Assembly (NCBI GenBank): GCA_002189035.1
Contig: NEEC01000282.1
Location: 1 to 26,165, forward strand
DNA: 26,165 bases
Direction of reading: 5' to 3'
From: Utricularia gibba
Lineage: Eukaryota; Plantae; Magnoliophyta
The notes under the pieces were generated by a model. That model was given only the letters and a program-made list of their open reading frames with translations. It did no database searches and was not told the DNA's origin. How positions within the stretch are numbered: position 1 is the first letter of the stretch; the number at the start of each line of letters is the position of its first letter. Position numbers and translations under genes: made by a program. This document shows, one piece after another, positions 23,235 to 26,165 of this stretch.

Positions 23235-24585
23235 GTTGAATCGTGTCGATGCTTGAGGGAAGACGACCACCCATTCATCTTTGTACGTTGCATCGGACCT
23301 GGTTGAAAGTGAGGACGGAAAATTGGCTACACTCGTAAAGGTGCACGAGCAGTATGCTCAATCGGATGATGGTCAAGCCGTTAGCATACGGAAAACACAC
23401 TCGCGTGTTGCGCACGCGGCTTTAACGATTGCTTAACCGAGTGATCCCTTCTCTATGTCCATCCACAATCTGGGTAAAAGGCATCCGGAGGTCAGGCATT
23501 GGAATGTCGTAAGGTATGAAGTATGCATGTTGCAAGGCGTGACCTGCTTGCGAAGCAATACCGATCCATTCCACGTTACCCGCTTCTTTGCAAAGCCTGG
23601 AGGGAGAATGGAATTTTGCATCAGGAGTGGATGCCATGGGGGTCGAATTATAAGGGGACGTGTGCGTTTGTTCCGTGAGCTATGTGGATTCGAAGCACAA
23701 GTGCTGGGTGGTCGAGTTATGGACTTTGGGTTAGGAGTGGCTACACTCTGGATCCACGATCGATATGTTCTTCGATGCTCTATGACTCATTTCTCATTCA
23801 ATGATGTCCACTCAATAGTAGCTTACGTGGCTCGCAACGTATGTTTGATATAGATGACATCCTTTAACCTGTATGGTCGAAGGTTTTCTCCTCCCAAACG
23901 TATAGCGGCATGCCCACTTTCGTGTCCAAATATTCAGGAGGTCGGGGTGGTAGCCATCTAACGGCTGGATAGCACATCCACATCGTATGTGCTCCGTAGA
24001 ATGAATCCGAAAATGTTAATGTTTCCAACGCACGTTGTTGGAGATCGGGAAAGTACATGGAGTGTCCTTGGCCACATTCTAGTATTCATTGGATGCTGGC
24101 TGAGTTTGTTGCACAACAAAACACCCTCAAACGAGTAGCGATGGTGCACCATGATCCGCCATGGAGTGAACTCGTGACTCCTCTGCGTAAGTTCATGGAA
24201 GATCATAAGGGAAAGCAATAGGAAAAACTAAGAAGTACTTGGTATCGTTGATGTTACAACCCTGCATCATTGATCCTGATGTACCCCCTTCGTATCGACA
24301 CATCAGTGGTGAAGTACTTGGCTAGAGTCCATGGGTTGGACTTTACGGTCCTATGGACGTGCGCATCAGTGCTGGTCTAATCTCCACGCATCCTCATATC
24401 TTTCAACGGCCGCGATAATAGACCAACGGTCTCCTTGTCCAGTCCATTCGCTAAGGAGTCCAGAACACCTGAAGGTAACGCAAAGCTTGCGAGGCCCGTC
24501 CAGCAACGGAGAAAAGAAAGGAAGTAGTGCGCATGGATGTGAACGCCTAAAAGAGCGTGGGAGTTGCACTAGAGACCATCAACCC
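23235..24585. repeat. Shortened monomer (copy 18, 1,351 bp) with 12-bp and 7-bp deletions
   Basis: A 12-bp net loss at ~24192 (TAAGT-T-CATGG versus TAAGTCTCACTTTGTTTCCATGG), a 7-bp loss of TTGGACG at ~24297, and two 1-bp losses. Confidence 0.9.
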
Positions 24586-26165
24586 GTTGAATCGTGTCGA
24601 TGCTTGAGGAAGACGACCACCCATTCATCTTTGTACGTTGCATCGGACCTGGTTGAAAGTGAGGACGGAAAATTGGCTACACTCGTGAAGGTGCACGAGC
24701 AGTATGCTCAATCGGATGATGGTCAAGCCGTTAGCATACGGAAAACACACTCGCGTGTTGCGCACGCGGCTTTAACGATTGCTTAACCGAGTGATCCCTT
24801 CTCTATGTCCATCCACAATCTGGGTAAAAGCATCCGGAGGTCAGGCATTGGAATGTCGTAAGGTATGAAGTATGCATGTTGCAAGGCGTGACCTGCTTGC
24901 GAAGCAATACCGATCCATTCCACGTTACCCGCTTCTTTGCAAAGCCTGGAGGAGAATGGAATTTTGCATCAGGAGTGGATGCCATGGGGTCGAATTATAA
25001 GGGGAGGTGTGCGTTTGTTCCGTGAGCTATGTGGATTCGAAGCACAAGTGGGTGGTCGAGTTATGGACTTTGGGTTAGGAGTGGCTACACTCTGGATCCA
25101 CGATCGATATGTTCTTCGATGCTCTATGACTCATTTCTCATTCAATGATGTCCACTCAATAGTAGCTTACGTGGCTCGCAACGTATGTTTGATATAGATG
25201 ACATCCTTTAACCTGTATGGTCGAAGGTTTCTCCTCCCAAACGTATAGCGGCATGCCCACTTTCGTGTCCAAATATTCAGGAGGTCGGGTGGTAGCCATC
25301 TAACGGCTGGATAGCACATCCACATCGTATGTGCTCCGTAGAATGAATCCGAAAATGTTAATGTTTCCAACGCACGTTGTTGGAGATCGGGAAAGTACAT
25401 GGAGTGTCCTTGGCCACATTCTAGTATTCATTGGATGCTGGCTGAGTTTGTTGCACAACAAAACACCCTCAAACGAGTAGCGATGGTGCACCATGATCCG
25501 CCATGGAGTGAACTCGTGACTCCTCTGCGTAAGTCTCACTTTGTTTCCATGGAAGATCATAAGGGAAAGCAATAGGAAAAACTAAGAAGTACTTGGTATC
25601 GTTGGTGTTACAACCCTGCATCATTGATCCTGATGTACCCCCTTCGTATCGTTGGACGACACATCAGTGGTGAAGTACTTGGTTAGAGTCCATGGGTTGG
25701 ACTTTACGGTCCTATGGACGTGCGCATCAGTGCTGGTCTAATCTCCACGCATCCTCATATTTTTCAACGGCCGCGATAATAGACCAACGTCTCCTTGTCC
25801 AGTCCATTCGCTAAGGAGTCCAGAACACCTGAAGGTAACGGCAAAGCTTGCGAGGCCCGTCCAGCAACGGAAAAAAAAAGGAAGTAGTGCGCATGGATGT
25901 GAACGCCTAAAAGAGCGTGGGAGTTTGCACTAGAGACCATCAACCCGTTGAATCGTGTCGATGCTTGAGGAAGACGACCACCCATTCATCTTTGTACGTT
26001 GCATCGGACCTGGTTGAAAGTGAGGACGGAAAATTGGCTACACTCGTGAAGGTGCACGAGCAGTATGCTGAATCGGATGATGGTCAAGCCGTTAGCATAC
26101 GGAACACACTCGCGTGTTGCGCACGCGGCTTTAACTATTGCTTAACCGAGTGATCCCTTCTCTAT

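Larger units (their letters stand above)
1..26165. repeat. Tandem array of a ~1,372-bp unit, 19 full copies plus one partial, running off both window ends
   Basis: The anchor GTTGAATCGTGTCGATGC recurs at 20 positions. Successive unit lengths are 1368, 1368, 1370, 1370, 1371, 1371, 1372, 1371, 1371, 1371, 1372, 1371, 1371, 1372, 1371, 1305, 1369, 1351, 1361, then a 219-bp partial copy. All copies have the same orientation, and the ORF track repeats with the same period. Confidence 0.99.

Noticed and set aside
2737-24585. Higher-order repeat period linking the B block at copies 3-4 with that at copies 15-18
   Set aside because: The allele patterns do not line up at an offset of 12, 13 or 14 units.
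1-26165. CRISPR array or repeat-spacer system
   Set aside because: Units are 1.37 kb and near-identical throughout, with no variable spacers and no cas-like ORF.
1-26165. Tandem RNA-gene repeat (5S rRNA, tRNA, spliced-leader RNA, snRNA)
   Set aside because: I found no recognisable 5S, SL or snRNA motif on either strand. The minus-strand GCTTCGAATCC resembles a tRNA T-loop but has no cloverleaf context. An Infernal/Rfam scan would be decisive.

Overview
The whole window is one head-to-tail tandem array of a high-complexity ~1,372-bp unit: 19 full copies plus a 219-bp partial copy, with no unique flanking DNA. Using GTTGAATCGTGTCGATGC as an arbitrary anchor, copies start at 1, 1369, 2737, 4107, 5477, 6848, 8219, 9591, 10962, 12333, 13704, 15076, 16447, 17818, 19190, 20561, 21866, 23235, 24586 and 25947. 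Central copies are nearly identical. All length differences are net losses, mostly 1-bp homopolymer deletions that increase toward the ends, as expected for a long-read consensus. About nine recurrent SNP sites define a majority haplotype A and a minority haplotype B arranged in mosaic blocks. I recognise no gene, RNA gene, transposase, Rep protein or CRISPR array. The ORF track is the same few short ORFs repeated. One plus-strand frame is stop-poor over almost the whole unit, and about half the SNPs are silent in it, which hints at coding ancestry. The sequence cannot distinguish a chromosomal macrosatellite or amplicon from a concatemer of a small ~1.37-kb circular element, and it does not identify the host.
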